DNA of 64,000 nt from an uncultured virus (IMG/VR IMGVR_UViG_3300029305_004206) (lineage: Duplodnaviria; Heunggongvirae; Uroviricota; Caudoviricetes), in IMG/VR virus record IMGVR_UViG_3300029305_004206; one strand, given 5' to 3'. Shown in pieces: positions 39,201 to 45,719 of the stretch (the stretch's first letter is position 1; each line of letters starts with the position of its first letter). The position numbers were made by a program, and so were the translations under genes. Under the pieces are notes generated by a model. It was not told the origin of the DNA. It did no database searches and was given only the letters and a program-made list of their open reading frames with translations.

Positions 39201-41348
39201 TCAAGTATAGGAACTAGTCTTTCTAAAGTTGGTTCTAAGATGGATTCATCATTAAGTTCAGCTAAAAGGTCAATTAGTAATGCAAGTAAGAGTTCTTCAG
39301 CTTCATCATTCTTTAGTGGAAGACCATCTACTTATGGTATGTGGGGTGGATTAGAAACTGCTGCTTACTATATGGGTAAAATATTCTTATATCCTAAGTA
39401 CTTAATAAGTGTTCTTAATAAGAAACTTCAGGGTGAATATAGTAACCTATCTGTATCTTGGCTGAAAGTTAATACATCTGAAGAAAGAGGTTCAAACTCT
39501 GGCTCAAGAGAAATGGGTGCTGGATCTCCAGATACATCATCTGTTTCAAGCTTCTTAAATTCCGCTGCTGGAACATCTGCAGTTGAATTTGGTCCAGCTT
39601 CAGGAACACAGTGTGTTGAATTGCCAAACTACTATGCTAACTATGTACTTGGTGCAAAACAGCAAGGTGGTAATGGTAATGGTAATGAATATGCACAGAC
39701 TATTGCTAATAGATTCCCATCTGTATTTACATATCATAATGCGAATGAGACACCACAAGCAGGAGATATTATATCTCTCGTTGGTACTCAAACTCAGTAT
39801 GGTCATGCTGCTGTCGTTAAAGATGTTTCTAACGGTCAGTTAACTCTTCTTGAGCAATGGGCAGGTTCAGGTGACATTAAAGAATCTACTTATAGTATTC
39901 CTGGTTCTGGAAAGAGAAAATTATTAGGTATTGCAAGACCTAATAATCTTGAAGGAGTAAATCTTAACGAAGATAGTTCTTCATCTTCAGATAGTAGTAG
40001 TGATTCTTCGTCATCTTCTGGTGGAAGAAGAATGGCTAACTTTATATCTCAACTCTCTGAATCTACTTCAAATATTTCTAAGACTTATTTGAAAGAAATG
40101 TTTGGTGTTGAAGATTTAAGTCAGTTCTTGACATCTGCTGGTGATGTATTCCTTAATATTGCAGATCCAGAAGTTGCATCTGCAGTTAAGAGTGCTATTA
40201 CATCTGGCTCTGATGGAAATGGAGATTATATAGGAGACTATGTAAAACACTTTGAATCAGGTTCTGCTGGTTCTTCTATGATTTCCAAAGGTACAGGAGA
40301 TTATGGCGGTGTATCTTTCGGTACTTATCAGTTCCCAACTTATGGAAAATCAACTGCAGATAGTAGTTCTATGCTTTCACAATTCTGGAATACTTATTAT
40401 AAATCTAAGTATGGTGGAACTCCTGGTAACAATCAGGACTTCAAGAATAAGTGGTTACAAGCAGTTAATGATGATCCAGAAGGATTTAGAAAGAACGAAC
40501 ATGCTTTCATCAAAGCTCATTATTATGATCCTCAAGTTAACAGACTTTCTGGTATTCTTAATCCTAATACACACTCAAGAGCTGCACAAGAAATGACTTG
40601 GTCAACTGCAGTTCAGTTCGGATCAGCTACAAATGTTATTAAAAATGCACTTGGCAATAAAAATAGTCAGAATCTGTCTGCAGCAGATCTTGTTAACAAG
40701 GTTTCTGACTATAAAACCAATAATAATGCATCACTTTTCAGTTCTTCATCTGCAGATGTTAGAGCAAGTGTTAAAAATAGACATAATGTAACTGAAAGAA
40801 ACATCTTACTTGGATTAGGAGATAAAGGTCCTATAGGTGGATCTGCAGAAATGGGTAGTAATTCAGGTGGTTCAGTTCATTTCCAGAAATTCTCTGGTTT
40901 TGGACCATCAGCACTTGCAAATTCTACACCTACTGTTAAGATGAATGATTATAGAACGGAAATATCTGATGATATTAATAAAACTCTTTCAGCAATTAAG
41001 GTTGCTAATGAGTCAGGTGGAAATGTAACTACTGCTTACATTGATACTATTATTGCTTATCTCAAAGCAATCGAAGAAAATACAAGAAATACATCTTCTA
41101 ATACAGAAGCATCTAATAAGAATGAAAATTCTATTATTTCAGCATTAGAAGAGATACTTAATTTAAAATCATCTGGTGATGCGAATGTTGTAGTTGTTGG
41201 CGGCGACAATTCATCTTCAAACAACCAGTTGCATACTAAAGAAGTCGCAAACATCTTTGCAAATCATGGGATACAAGATGAAAATGAGGCTCAAAAAGTT
41301 AATGATAAATTAAGGAAAATTGCAGATTTGATTGCAAAAGGTAAGTAA
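27279..41348 (+). CDS. Giant tape-measure-like tail protein with C-terminal CHAP and lysozyme-like (VgrG3-C-type) peptidoglycan hydrolase domains
   Basis: 4689 aa, Ala/Gly/Lys-rich and helical with glycine-zipper hydrophobic segments. CHAP: QCVELP...GNGNEY...AGDII...YGHAAVV...EQ. Muramidase-like: FESG...DYGGVSFGTYQF...HYYDP...WSTAVQFG. Confidence 0.8.
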   Translation: MAKKKRKFNSGNAFKNYVKNLGKSALDLGKDVLFEDDLMGGIKELIDENKELAEQGLQAYKDRENIFKMVKDTVNKQVFSQVKDLKKNVLSDIKSGRIYNSERADKEFMEGFGADDILGDDFFDEMDDFGEDLKSGISDSLDDFADDLSSNFSSTMSDFSNDIVKSNTKSTLAGINADIKMHKQSMEGMSVVNSSIGALASFNESRVSPFLDKAMEYYDKSIEQRERTNQLLEEMVGFQKETEIADTSTVAEKVLGMSYSTFNIKEYAKAVTQTTSNIIAETFGIDLGDSGGTFGAGNMVKNIVNNPIGVLMKGLITKALPQTFKDASKMLSQSITSFFPSLMLKFNDMADQHFGTLKGYIGQIFGIDMKASASANLGFEKGKVNFDGITRKTIIDVIPTYLRKILAAITKSDEIVFDRSSGKFTTMRAAQKAAEELDTPSVFDYYDSKSKIVGHAESSYNMTAEQSKNFQKLVDDVFENISKNVSGLVHRDIDFTKLKGLDITKAEAEMMSRAFQAFSNEDFLKLQSEHAASKKSRAQKMKDFNANIDDSIATQYLMVADLNNPEYMKKLRQSASKRGKFSDRDASSFQFSSGLKVNDDARKRLARQDAFRRAKAENPNLKEADFYKDYDEKQRVSSMGKGKGSEFLDRVVGEEVKGFFANAKKIMSKPFDILSKQFQKFDNFLYKIIFDSDVTKNAKEKIGGLFKDLKLKIFGKRLGWGASAMGWEVNGLLSGTFDIFRDFGLGFGNFLFGKGYINRKGELKTNDKPLFGTIKTKFTDLYGKAKNYLFGEKDEDGNVTKDGFFTRAKDKMFDLVERTKLYLFGEKDEDGNVLDGKAGVIPQKYQDLFKKYAPHAATGAGIGAVASIFLPFGGMIGTLGGAVAGTVLEMDKVKDWLWGPENDEGKRENGVLTRTKNKLYEQIGRLDKYLFGDNVEGKLGKLGMTKQKFGMGTGIGAGLGLLGSFILPGGSILGTLVGAAAGFASQTDKFQKFLFGDDQAAADSWRKDGLLPTAKEFLTDKVLNPIRDYTVGTFRYVKDFVNAKMVVPFNLAFKPIAVEAGLQIKKTFKNITQFTQNLWHGFMDSMSEKMDNLFGAGAKKFILAPLGEYFKDRIENLGSMISKGMKKPMDKIQDYASRLRMKHQAQGNDGYMRGTKYGDLVDDWRNRNVNDNWNKRTQMKGSHADYVAQATADRIKKREEWLAKNGGFNPFSKDYKLPRNKKGEVLSGDELGNTAIIANLSEDQIGEGIAKETEFVSEGQIAERRALRLKHFKGLSKGNANAIRDISKDPSASRGERISAFISEKVSSIGSTLTGIYEHIKVISKGVGKSSLGMDDDAFKKFDDDTNTSMQNLLDEDRGIDKDEIYNKNKMAIAKAMEKKSFKARKAMQDAGYSDDQIQDLATQQRNKNYLDATRETKIAGARKAYQEAIASGDTKKAAAIESATKKKYGDGITLGDAHNALPVAKNPVASVVSDANQTKAELSKGGLDSSEQKQLALRQAEMEQKEQDSENIAKTAENTSLFKQVFEKGKGWLWGFASKALKWGALVLPLLAAGKKVSETIKNIINSGDKGQQFMDALGNIQTIANGKGARIAELGYDLARIPINPLVNPKLNKKFAQGTVKLAGSTADHLKGFMGKSPFIDALKTSFNPASYTKTGRALGGSFMDDTVKAFTGGLADDAIGAYADKMVARQLGEKLGSEAMSAYATKQSSKLASQLTLKNKAIKMAGGELSEAALAKYSPNFFAKSLNKIANSGLLNKYLGGTKLGSKAISEISQAAAKSASKAMAKEGTERVGMALATKLAGPLVNGALFGVDMARGYNEANRIFNLPADYEPTFGMKASAAVGKGISELLLGLVNPGWISERIYNVIGSNEDKEILKKQQEALALQAGVSLEALYSDDAEISKMAKSQLKAYSETVNKTAFTKLGEWSKTDGAKTMGTIAKAVANWKIPGVSGAVSFAVGAADGKTARQDLGLLADASLGVTGRIAGGFARQLETLTFGVFKYSNTIHGMHGIFLMVKDGLIKVKDGIVNVCKWFGNLPENLANLVENWESAISGALSGTRFEMLTQPIISAINGIKNIFTFAYESLEYVFGGFAKMLGLDNLWNKAKARSAQEVSKNNLEALKNRMSTEVTLGSNKMAGFDINSAVGQANNLDAAQKANLANYASQYTEGVDVISANTLDASYGLTAETIRNVVSTSKSYNEANGITDNSQLNIDSLSSDQIQTAYAIEAERAKMYEAIAQGDNGKVQELAGSDVGKLLMENDEAYKKLVDSSAAMLGSMGGEKDPMSLGEKIGKGVVGGVLALPIAKMFIPIGKSLMSSFKLLLSPINIILKTFGIGKKAKAKIDNSPLGQVKNAFIGPDGVVPTMKKVLEETGEALINKIAKMQGYDDGGITGNYKSSPVKDATTNKGQLLLGAGSSNGMSQEEYETRKRSIKYNRNQSAKQLQADWQNKKISDEVYNNELRKVNEQYKKDMDALSKSVAKATNDVSDDIKKSGTTVSNSVKDAGKKIKKGSTNAKTDIDKGANEVSSTTKKKGQTIKEACTNMKNKVTQGVNDLKNKVTQSATDLKNKVKNSGHKVSSEIKESGTKISNSAQKTSVQVDNAGDRVSKELIELGTDVQNAGTKSTALINSTSTGGGSTVAKAGLFSKLGSGIKKLASTKGGKAGLIVGGIALVGGITASIINKKKKASDVKMSDLTAEEKAAAKRLLNSLNNGEITTADLSDAEIALLQGYQSALSKSGSSTISKVANVASTGALGYTASGIADVYNASGVGSNEELAQLEGYLSEADIETATQSSGSGIGSTLLNVGTTAVPLLMMGTTGDKIKGGLKKGLKAVTGKFGKKAASNVAKKTVTKTAGKGLLSKIGGLFAKKGATKAVTSGVAKGAGSVAAKAGLGGALKGVLGVASKAAPWAALAYGGYKAIKGAVKANDTFGVGEDFKTTGGMRAASAVTNLIPFLSDKNKSKVSTWLYSTFGGDKKNVEKIKAAQSGYSDAEASEYVENMDRLETEQTKKTFELQAKMQEVMNERTLSSMDDIKQLDSMKQMDDETRNMLLEVSKGTVNEAVTTAWVTASNNAMTEFKKALGLDTKTNIWNGLKSTLKAGAAGAGTGALIGAKFGGAGGAWIGAGIGAGVGVIANVWQKMNKATAVDDRVATVVSEVSIKLMDAWIEKFRWVSGGSFEGKDYGEGWVKKIITDDPNFLSSSKIPDTLKKVSQEGMGETISLLWKESNKIAAQGFKEAIQNETQSEWWDKVLHSPITKGILTVGGGLLGGVTGASLTYMLLDATDKRGNLIEGIAETAQPIIASISAQLSGAWMDKFRWIAGGDGYGEGWVHKLITSDDNFLSGSSIPDDLKKISQESMGKSISRLWKESNKIAEEGFKEAIQNETQTEWWDKVLHSPITKGILTVGATLLGGSLGGATAAYLLDATDKRGSLVEGIKETAQPVISSISAQLSAAWMDKFQWIAGGDGYGNGWVKQLITDDTSFLSGTSLPDDLKKLSQESMSSAVTRMWKESNLIAKEGFTEAIQNETQSEWWDKVLHSPITKGILSFSAGALTTVATGGNAVAGAMVATTAQSLLDATDRRGSLVEGIKETAQPIIGSVVAQLSAAWMDKFQWIAGGDGYGNGWVGKLITEDPSFLKDSQKGLVDTSKSAMSEVVKKMWKESNDITKRAFNEALEDETGGTWWDKVCAWFGGLDGDHSDNANATSQLITDIQNDIQPIIGSITDQIKDAWINKFKWIAGGTEYRRRGGDISYGDGWVKQLITNDTSFLSGSQEGFIKSAKDSMSTALTKALNISHNINNKIWGSVFATVASKEGLGNYATDVVNLGMGDGNYYYPLTEEQQTANSDSIQAAESIVKAIKGLWATKLLQMSNVINAGTAGSDAFSSSDVENAFSSISTEVNDLSDFMSSSSVDIDNAKTLSSHFQFTDNGGKYGGFKKFIFFTKRIATMAPVIAKITSDEIKDDYSSIGTSLSKVGSKMDSSLSSAKRSISNASKSSSASSFFSGRPSTYGMWGGLETAAYYMGKIFLYPKYLISVLNKKLQGEYSNLSVSWLKVNTSEERGSNSGSREMGAGSPDTSSVSSFLNSAAGTSAVEFGPASGTQCVELPNYYANYVLGAKQQGGNGNGNEYAQTIANRFPSVFTYHNANETPQAGDIISLVGTQTQYGHAAVVKDVSNGQLTLLEQWAGSGDIKESTYSIPGSGKRKLLGIARPNNLEGVNLNEDSSSSSDSSSDSSSSSGGRRMANFISQLSESTSNISKTYLKEMFGVEDLSQFLTSAGDVFLNIADPEVASAVKSAITSGSDGNGDYIGDYVKHFESGSAGSSMISKGTGDYGGVSFGTYQFPTYGKSTADSSSMLSQFWNTYYKSKYGGTPGNNQDFKNKWLQAVNDDPEGFRKNEHAFIKAHYYDPQVNRLSGILNPNTHSRAAQEMTWSTAVQFGSATNVIKNALGNKNSQNLSAADLVNKVSDYKTNNNASLFSSSSADVRASVKNRHNVTERNILLGLGDKGPIGGSAEMGSNSGGSVHFQKFSGFGPSALANSTPTVKMNDYRTEISDDINKTLSAIKVANESGGNVTTAYIDTIIAYLKAIEENTRNTSSNTEASNKNENSIISALEEILNLKSSGDANVVVVGGDNSSSNNQLHTKEVANIFANHGIQDENEAQKVNDKLRKIADLIAKGK
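36780..38620 (+). repeat. Intragenic tandem ~143-aa (429-bp) repeats in the tape-measure-like gene
   Basis: Near-identical DNA blocks (...CAGAATGAAACACAA.CTGAATGGTGGGATAAAGTATTACATTCTCCTATTACTAAAGG) at ~37011, 37440 and 37869; W..KF.W..GG...YG.GW occurs five times. Confidence 0.85.
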
Positions 41349-41349
41349 G

Positions 41350-41361
41350 AACATATAGATA
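41350..41361 (+). promoter_or_regulatory. Putative late promoter AACA-N6-TA
   Basis: AACA TATAGA TA immediately after the tape-measure stop codon. Confidence 0.5.
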
Positions 41362-41394
41362 AGAGATAACGTTGTTTAATGACGTTATCTCTTA
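41360..41394. terminator. Hairpin (terminator or 5' stem-loop)
   Basis: TAAGAGATAACGTT / GACGTTATCTCTTA. Confidence 0.55.
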
Positions 41395-41441
41395 TTTAGT
41401 TCTCTTTAGTGAAAATTATAGGAAAGGAGAGTGAATGTAAA

Positions 41442-43340
41442 TTGGCTGAAAATATAAGAAATGCTGAAGGTAAAAATATACGAACCAATCATACTTTAGT
41501 TGGTAATTATAATATAAGATCTGCTCCATCTATGGATGGACAAATTAAAACAACTTTACCTAAAGGCACTACTGTATCTGTATATATGACAGAAGGAAAT
41601 TGGAGTAAATTATATTCTCCATCTGATTATAAAGATTGCTGGGTTTCTTCTCAAGGTTTATCTGCTTCTACTGGGAGCGAAATAATGGAAACCTCACAAC
41701 CTGCACCAACAACATCCGAACCATCTTTTGATAGAGCTTCAGCTCAATCATATGTAAATCAGCAATATGCTAATCTTGGTAAAGATAGTTTTGATGCTTT
41801 TAATGCTGATGTATATGATACATATACAAGACTTAATCAATACGCAGATGATAGTGAAAAATTTGATGTAAATAGTGACGACTATGTAAGACTGCAACAA
41901 TCAATGTTTCAAGAGTATAATGCAAGTATGTCATTAATAGATCAATTAGTTAGTGGTTTTGATAGTTATTTTTCATCAGATATCCAACTGCATATGATTT
42001 CTGGTATGCCACCTCAGTTTAATGAAATGGCTGATCCTCGTATAATGGATACAAATGAAAAGCCTATGTATACTTCTCTTCATGCATATGGAGATGGTAT
42101 AGGAAGAATGTTTCAGCATTATATAGCTGAAGACATTCCTCTTGTTTTAATAAAGCCAGGAAAACCCAAATTTATGCCTTCTGTATCTATATTTGATAGA
42201 ACTAAAATTACAAAAGCAGTAAGACAGAAATTATGGGATCAGGATGAGGAAGAAGGATTTTCTTCATCTATTAAAGGAAAATCATTACAAGAAGTTCTTG
42301 CTGAATATAACGGAGATTATAATGACACAAGATATTATGGTTTCCAAGCAGATTATGACACATATTGTAAGTATGTAAATACAATGTGTAGACATACTGC
42401 TGTTAAAATGGGATTATCTGATTATACAAACTTTAATATTTCATCTAATGATGGTTATGGTTTAAAAAACTTTATTATGAGAAATTCATTAGGATTCTTC
42501 TTTGATAAAGAATCAACTTCAGAATCAGATAGTGCATCAACATCAGTTGGTGAATCACAATTAGCAGGAACACTAAAAAGTGCTGGATCTGTAGTTAGAG
42601 AAGCACAATTTATATTCGGTGCTGGTGAAGCTGCTAACAGAGGAACTGAAGCACAAGAAAAGTACCAAGCAGAGATGGAAAATTTAATGGGAACTGTAAA
42701 AACGGATCCTTCATCTTTCTTCGGTAGAATTAAAAATTCAGGTAAGACATTATTTACAGGTGGTAATCTATTATTCCCTGAAATATGGCAAGATTCTTCA
42801 TATAGTAAGTCCTATACATTAGGATTTAATTTATTTACTCCTTATGGAGATAAAGAAGCTATATTTAGAGATATTTATGTGCCATTCTATTCATTATTAG
42901 CATTAACACTTCCAAGACAGATAACTGCACAAGGTTATACTGCTCCATTTGTATTAAAGGTTGCAACACAAGGTTGGTTTAGTTCTGATATGTGCATGAT
43001 TTCATCATTCTCCTTTGATAAAGGAGAAAATGATGGATGGACTAAAGATGGTTATCCGTTATCAATAAAAGTAAATATGTCATTAACAGATTTATATCCT
43101 GTTTTAATGATGAGTACAGATAAACATACAAGAATTCTATCTAACAATACTGGTTTGATAGAATTTATGGATGCTATGGCTGGTATTACTTTTAATGATT
43201 ACGATCCTTGGAGACAACTTGAGATGGCTTTAGCTGCAAGATGGAATGTTATTGGAGATATCCCTTATTCTATTCAGAACAAGATGATTTCATCTATGGA
43301 TAGTGTTGCTAATAAAGTAAATAAATTCTTATTTAGATAA
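41442..43340 (+). CDS. Baseplate/tail structural protein with N-terminal SH3b domain
   Basis: YNIRSAPSMDGQIKTTLPKGTTVSVYMTEGNWSKL is SH3b-like. C-terminal FPEIWQDSSYSKSY...YTAPF...PLSIKVNMSLTDLY is tube/baseplate-like. Start placed at TTG 41442 behind AAGGAG (ORF track gives 41409). Confidence 0.6.
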   Translation: MAENIRNAEGKNIRTNHTLVGNYNIRSAPSMDGQIKTTLPKGTTVSVYMTEGNWSKLYSPSDYKDCWVSSQGLSASTGSEIMETSQPAPTTSEPSFDRASAQSYVNQQYANLGKDSFDAFNADVYDTYTRLNQYADDSEKFDVNSDDYVRLQQSMFQEYNASMSLIDQLVSGFDSYFSSDIQLHMISGMPPQFNEMADPRIMDTNEKPMYTSLHAYGDGIGRMFQHYIAEDIPLVLIKPGKPKFMPSVSIFDRTKITKAVRQKLWDQDEEEGFSSSIKGKSLQEVLAEYNGDYNDTRYYGFQADYDTYCKYVNTMCRHTAVKMGLSDYTNFNISSNDGYGLKNFIMRNSLGFFFDKESTSESDSASTSVGESQLAGTLKSAGSVVREAQFIFGAGEAANRGTEAQEKYQAEMENLMGTVKTDPSSFFGRIKNSGKTLFTGGNLLFPEIWQDSSYSKSYTLGFNLFTPYGDKEAIFRDIYVPFYSLLALTLPRQITAQGYTAPFVLKVATQGWFSSDMCMISSFSFDKGENDGWTKDGYPLSIKVNMSLTDLYPVLMMSTDKHTRILSNNTGLIEFMDAMAGITFNDYDPWRQLEMALAARWNVIGDIPYSIQNKMISSMDSVANKVNKFLFR

Positions 43341-43372
43341 ACAAAGAAAAACAAAAAGAAGGTTAAGCAAAA

Positions 43373-43909
43373 ATGAAAGAACTTGATACAAGAACAAAAA
43401 ATGCTTTAACAAAGAAACTTCTTGAAATAAAGGAAAGAGGATTAAATAAATGGAAAAAAATGTCTTTTTATATAGATTGTGAACCTATTCCTATGGCAAG
43501 ACCAAGAACAGGAAAGTTTGGTAATATTTATGTACCAAAAGCACAAGCTAATAAAAAAACTATAAGAAAATTTATAAATCTTCCAGAAAATTTCAAAAAA
43601 ATAAAGACACCTATTAAAATGAAGGTTACATATTATTTTCCATATTTCTATGGAATTTCAAAGATAGATAAAGCATTAATAGATGAAGATTTAATTCATC
43701 ATATAACGAAACCAGATATAGATAATGTAACCAAAACATTATTGGATGCATTAAATGATTATGTATGGTTAGATGATTGCTTTGTCTTTAAGATGATAAT
43801 CGAAAAGAAATATTCAGATCATCCTCATATAGAAGTAAAGTTAAAGTATCAAAAAGAGATCTTATCAAATAAACAAAAAACAATGGTAAAACATAGAAAG
43901 GACGATTAA
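43373..43909 (+). CDS. rusA: RusA-family Holliday junction resolvase
   Basis: PIPMARPR; KPDIDNVTKTLLDALN..VWLDD. Confidence 0.88.
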   Translation: MKELDTRTKNALTKKLLEIKERGLNKWKKMSFYIDCEPIPMARPRTGKFGNIYVPKAQANKKTIRKFINLPENFKKIKTPIKMKVTYYFPYFYGISKIDKALIDEDLIHHITKPDIDNVTKTLLDALNDYVWLDDCFVFKMIIEKKYSDHPHIEVKLKYQKEILSNKQKTMVKHRKDD

Positions 43910-43914
43910 ACGAT

Positions 43915-44412
43915 ATGGTTATGCAAAATATTGCCAAAAACGATAGTTCTGAAATGATGACAGAAAATGATAAGAAGTTTTTTAAATTTCTATCTGATTT
44001 GAACTATCGTATCAATGGTTTCTTGAAAATTGAAACCATTATTGATATTATTAAAAATGCGATTGAGGGTTCAGAAGTATTTGAATTTTCATCTCGCTAT
44101 GTAAGAATCAGTAAATCTAAACCTGTGTTTAGCTTGAAATATAATATACCTGATAAATTAGGTAATGATACTAATGAAAAGATTCGTTATATTAATAGAA
44201 AAATAAGCGAAGAAATCATTACAGTATTATCTAATAAGGTAAATAAACTTTTAAGGGAAAATAAAGATTTGAAAGAATATATGAATAGTGCATCAGACTT
44301 TGGTATTGAACTGCCAGAGAATTTTGATATAACAAGATATATGTTTTCATCTATCTTTGGAATTAACCATGCTCCTAATATGGATATGGTTATTTTAGAG
44401 TACCTTAAATAA
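43915..44412 (+). CDS. Hypothetical protein
   Basis: 165-aa ORF with AAAGGA RBS. Confidence 0.6.
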   Translation: MVMQNIAKNDSSEMMTENDKKFFKFLSDLNYRINGFLKIETIIDIIKNAIEGSEVFEFSSRYVRISKSKPVFSLKYNIPDKLGNDTNEKIRYINRKISEEIITVLSNKVNKLLRENKDLKEYMNSASDFGIELPENFDITRYMFSSIFGINHAPNMDMVILEYLK

Positions 44413-44423
44413 AGAGAGCAAAA

Positions 44424-44460
44424 ATCCCCTAATGAGACATTTAGCATCTCATTAGGGGAT
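44424..44460. terminator. Bidirectional terminator hairpin
   Basis: ATCCCCTAATGAGA / TCTCATTAGGGGAT between convergent genes. Confidence 0.75.
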
Positions 44461-44471
44461 ATAATAACTCT

Positions 44472-45686
44472 TTATTTCATAATAAAGTCAATAACTTTAG
44501 TTCTTGCTTTCATTGGATCCATAGAATACAATTTAGTAGTATTCAAAGATTCAATTAAAGTGTAAACTATAATAGATTCAGCAAATACTAAATCCATATT
44601 GAAATCAGGTGTAATGTCTACACCTTCCTGAATCATCTTGGCATTTTCAGAGATAAATGCCTTTCCAGTATTAATAACAATAGACTGGAATAAAGAAGGT
44701 GTTCTACCTGTTCTCTTTGCATGGTGAGATATATTAAATGACTCACTGATTTTTCTCTGAGGACCATTACCAATTTCGGTAGGAGTCTTAACTGTAGATT
44801 TCTTTGCAGCTTCAACATCACCGATTGATCCACCCTTAAGGTCTAATTCAGTTTGTGATTCATAATCTACACTATCTTCAGCAGGTGTTGATGTATTAAC
44901 AGTTGAAATAATCTGCTCTCTTAAGTCTCTTTCAACTTCTTCAGCATCCTTTTCAGATTTAATTACATCTACTACTTTGTCTTTAATTACAGAATATACA
45001 TCTTTTAATACATCATCAACATATAATCTGTAATCACCCTTAACATAATCAGGTACATTTACATATCCTTTTGATCCATTTATTATAGAATCATTATCTA
45101 CAGTATCTTCTGATACAGGCTCACCTTCAGCTTTAGGTTCAGTACTACCCTGAAGTAATTCTTCACCATTCTTAGCCACATCTTCTTTTGAAGCTTTTAG
45201 TACCTCATCCTTTGCAGCGATAGCTGTTTCTTCACATACTTTGTAAAGATCTTTGATACACTGTGCTGATTCATCGATGTTAAGTTCACCATTCTCAGCA
45301 AGTTTCTCAATCTGTGTTCTAAAATATCCTTTGATATCTTCCATCTGTTCATTCTTAAAATCAGAGTCTAATACAAGAGAATTGAAACACATATCTACTA
45401 ATGCTTCATTGAAAAGCTGTTTAGTAGCAAGTTCTTTATATTTATATGCTTCTTTTAAGAGTTTTCCTCTCTTATGTCTTGCACTATGAGCAGGTGCAAA
45501 TTTAGCACTTTCAGAAATAATATTCTTACGAGTTTCAAACTTTGCTTCTTCAGTTAAGAGTCTGTCATAACTCTTATTCTCAAGAATAGCATCTCTCTTT
45601 TGAGCAAATTCACGATTCTTCTGACTCTTCTTTGAAGAACGGAAGTTCATAGAATCATTCTGCATTTCTAACAGAGATTTTCCCAT
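44472..45686 (-). CDS. Putative virion (internal head) protein
   Basis: 404 aa, helical; repeated hydrophobic-x-E motifs (LLTEE, IISES, LLKEA, KISES, FISEN). Confidence 0.4.
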   Translation of the reverse strand: MGKSLLEMQNDSMNFRSSKKSQKNREFAQKRDAILENKSYDRLLTEEAKFETRKNIISESAKFAPAHSARHKRGKLLKEAYKYKELATKQLFNEALVDMCFNSLVLDSDFKNEQMEDIKGYFRTQIEKLAENGELNIDESAQCIKDLYKVCEETAIAAKDEVLKASKEDVAKNGEELLQGSTEPKAEGEPVSEDTVDNDSIINGSKGYVNVPDYVKGDYRLYVDDVLKDVYSVIKDKVVDVIKSEKDAEEVERDLREQIISTVNTSTPAEDSVDYESQTELDLKGGSIGDVEAAKKSTVKTPTEIGNGPQRKISESFNISHHAKRTGRTPSLFQSIVINTGKAFISENAKMIQEGVDITPDFNMDLVFAESIIVYTLIESLNTTKLYSMDPMKARTKVIDFIMK

Positions 45687-45719
45687 ATTTAATTCATTCC
45701 TTTCTAATATAATTTAATT

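Noticed and set aside
27326..41254. Many 60-110-aa ORFs nested in or antisense to the giant tail gene, and similar ones inside other long genes
   Set aside because: Fully overlap well-supported long genes; no RBS or recognisable motifs
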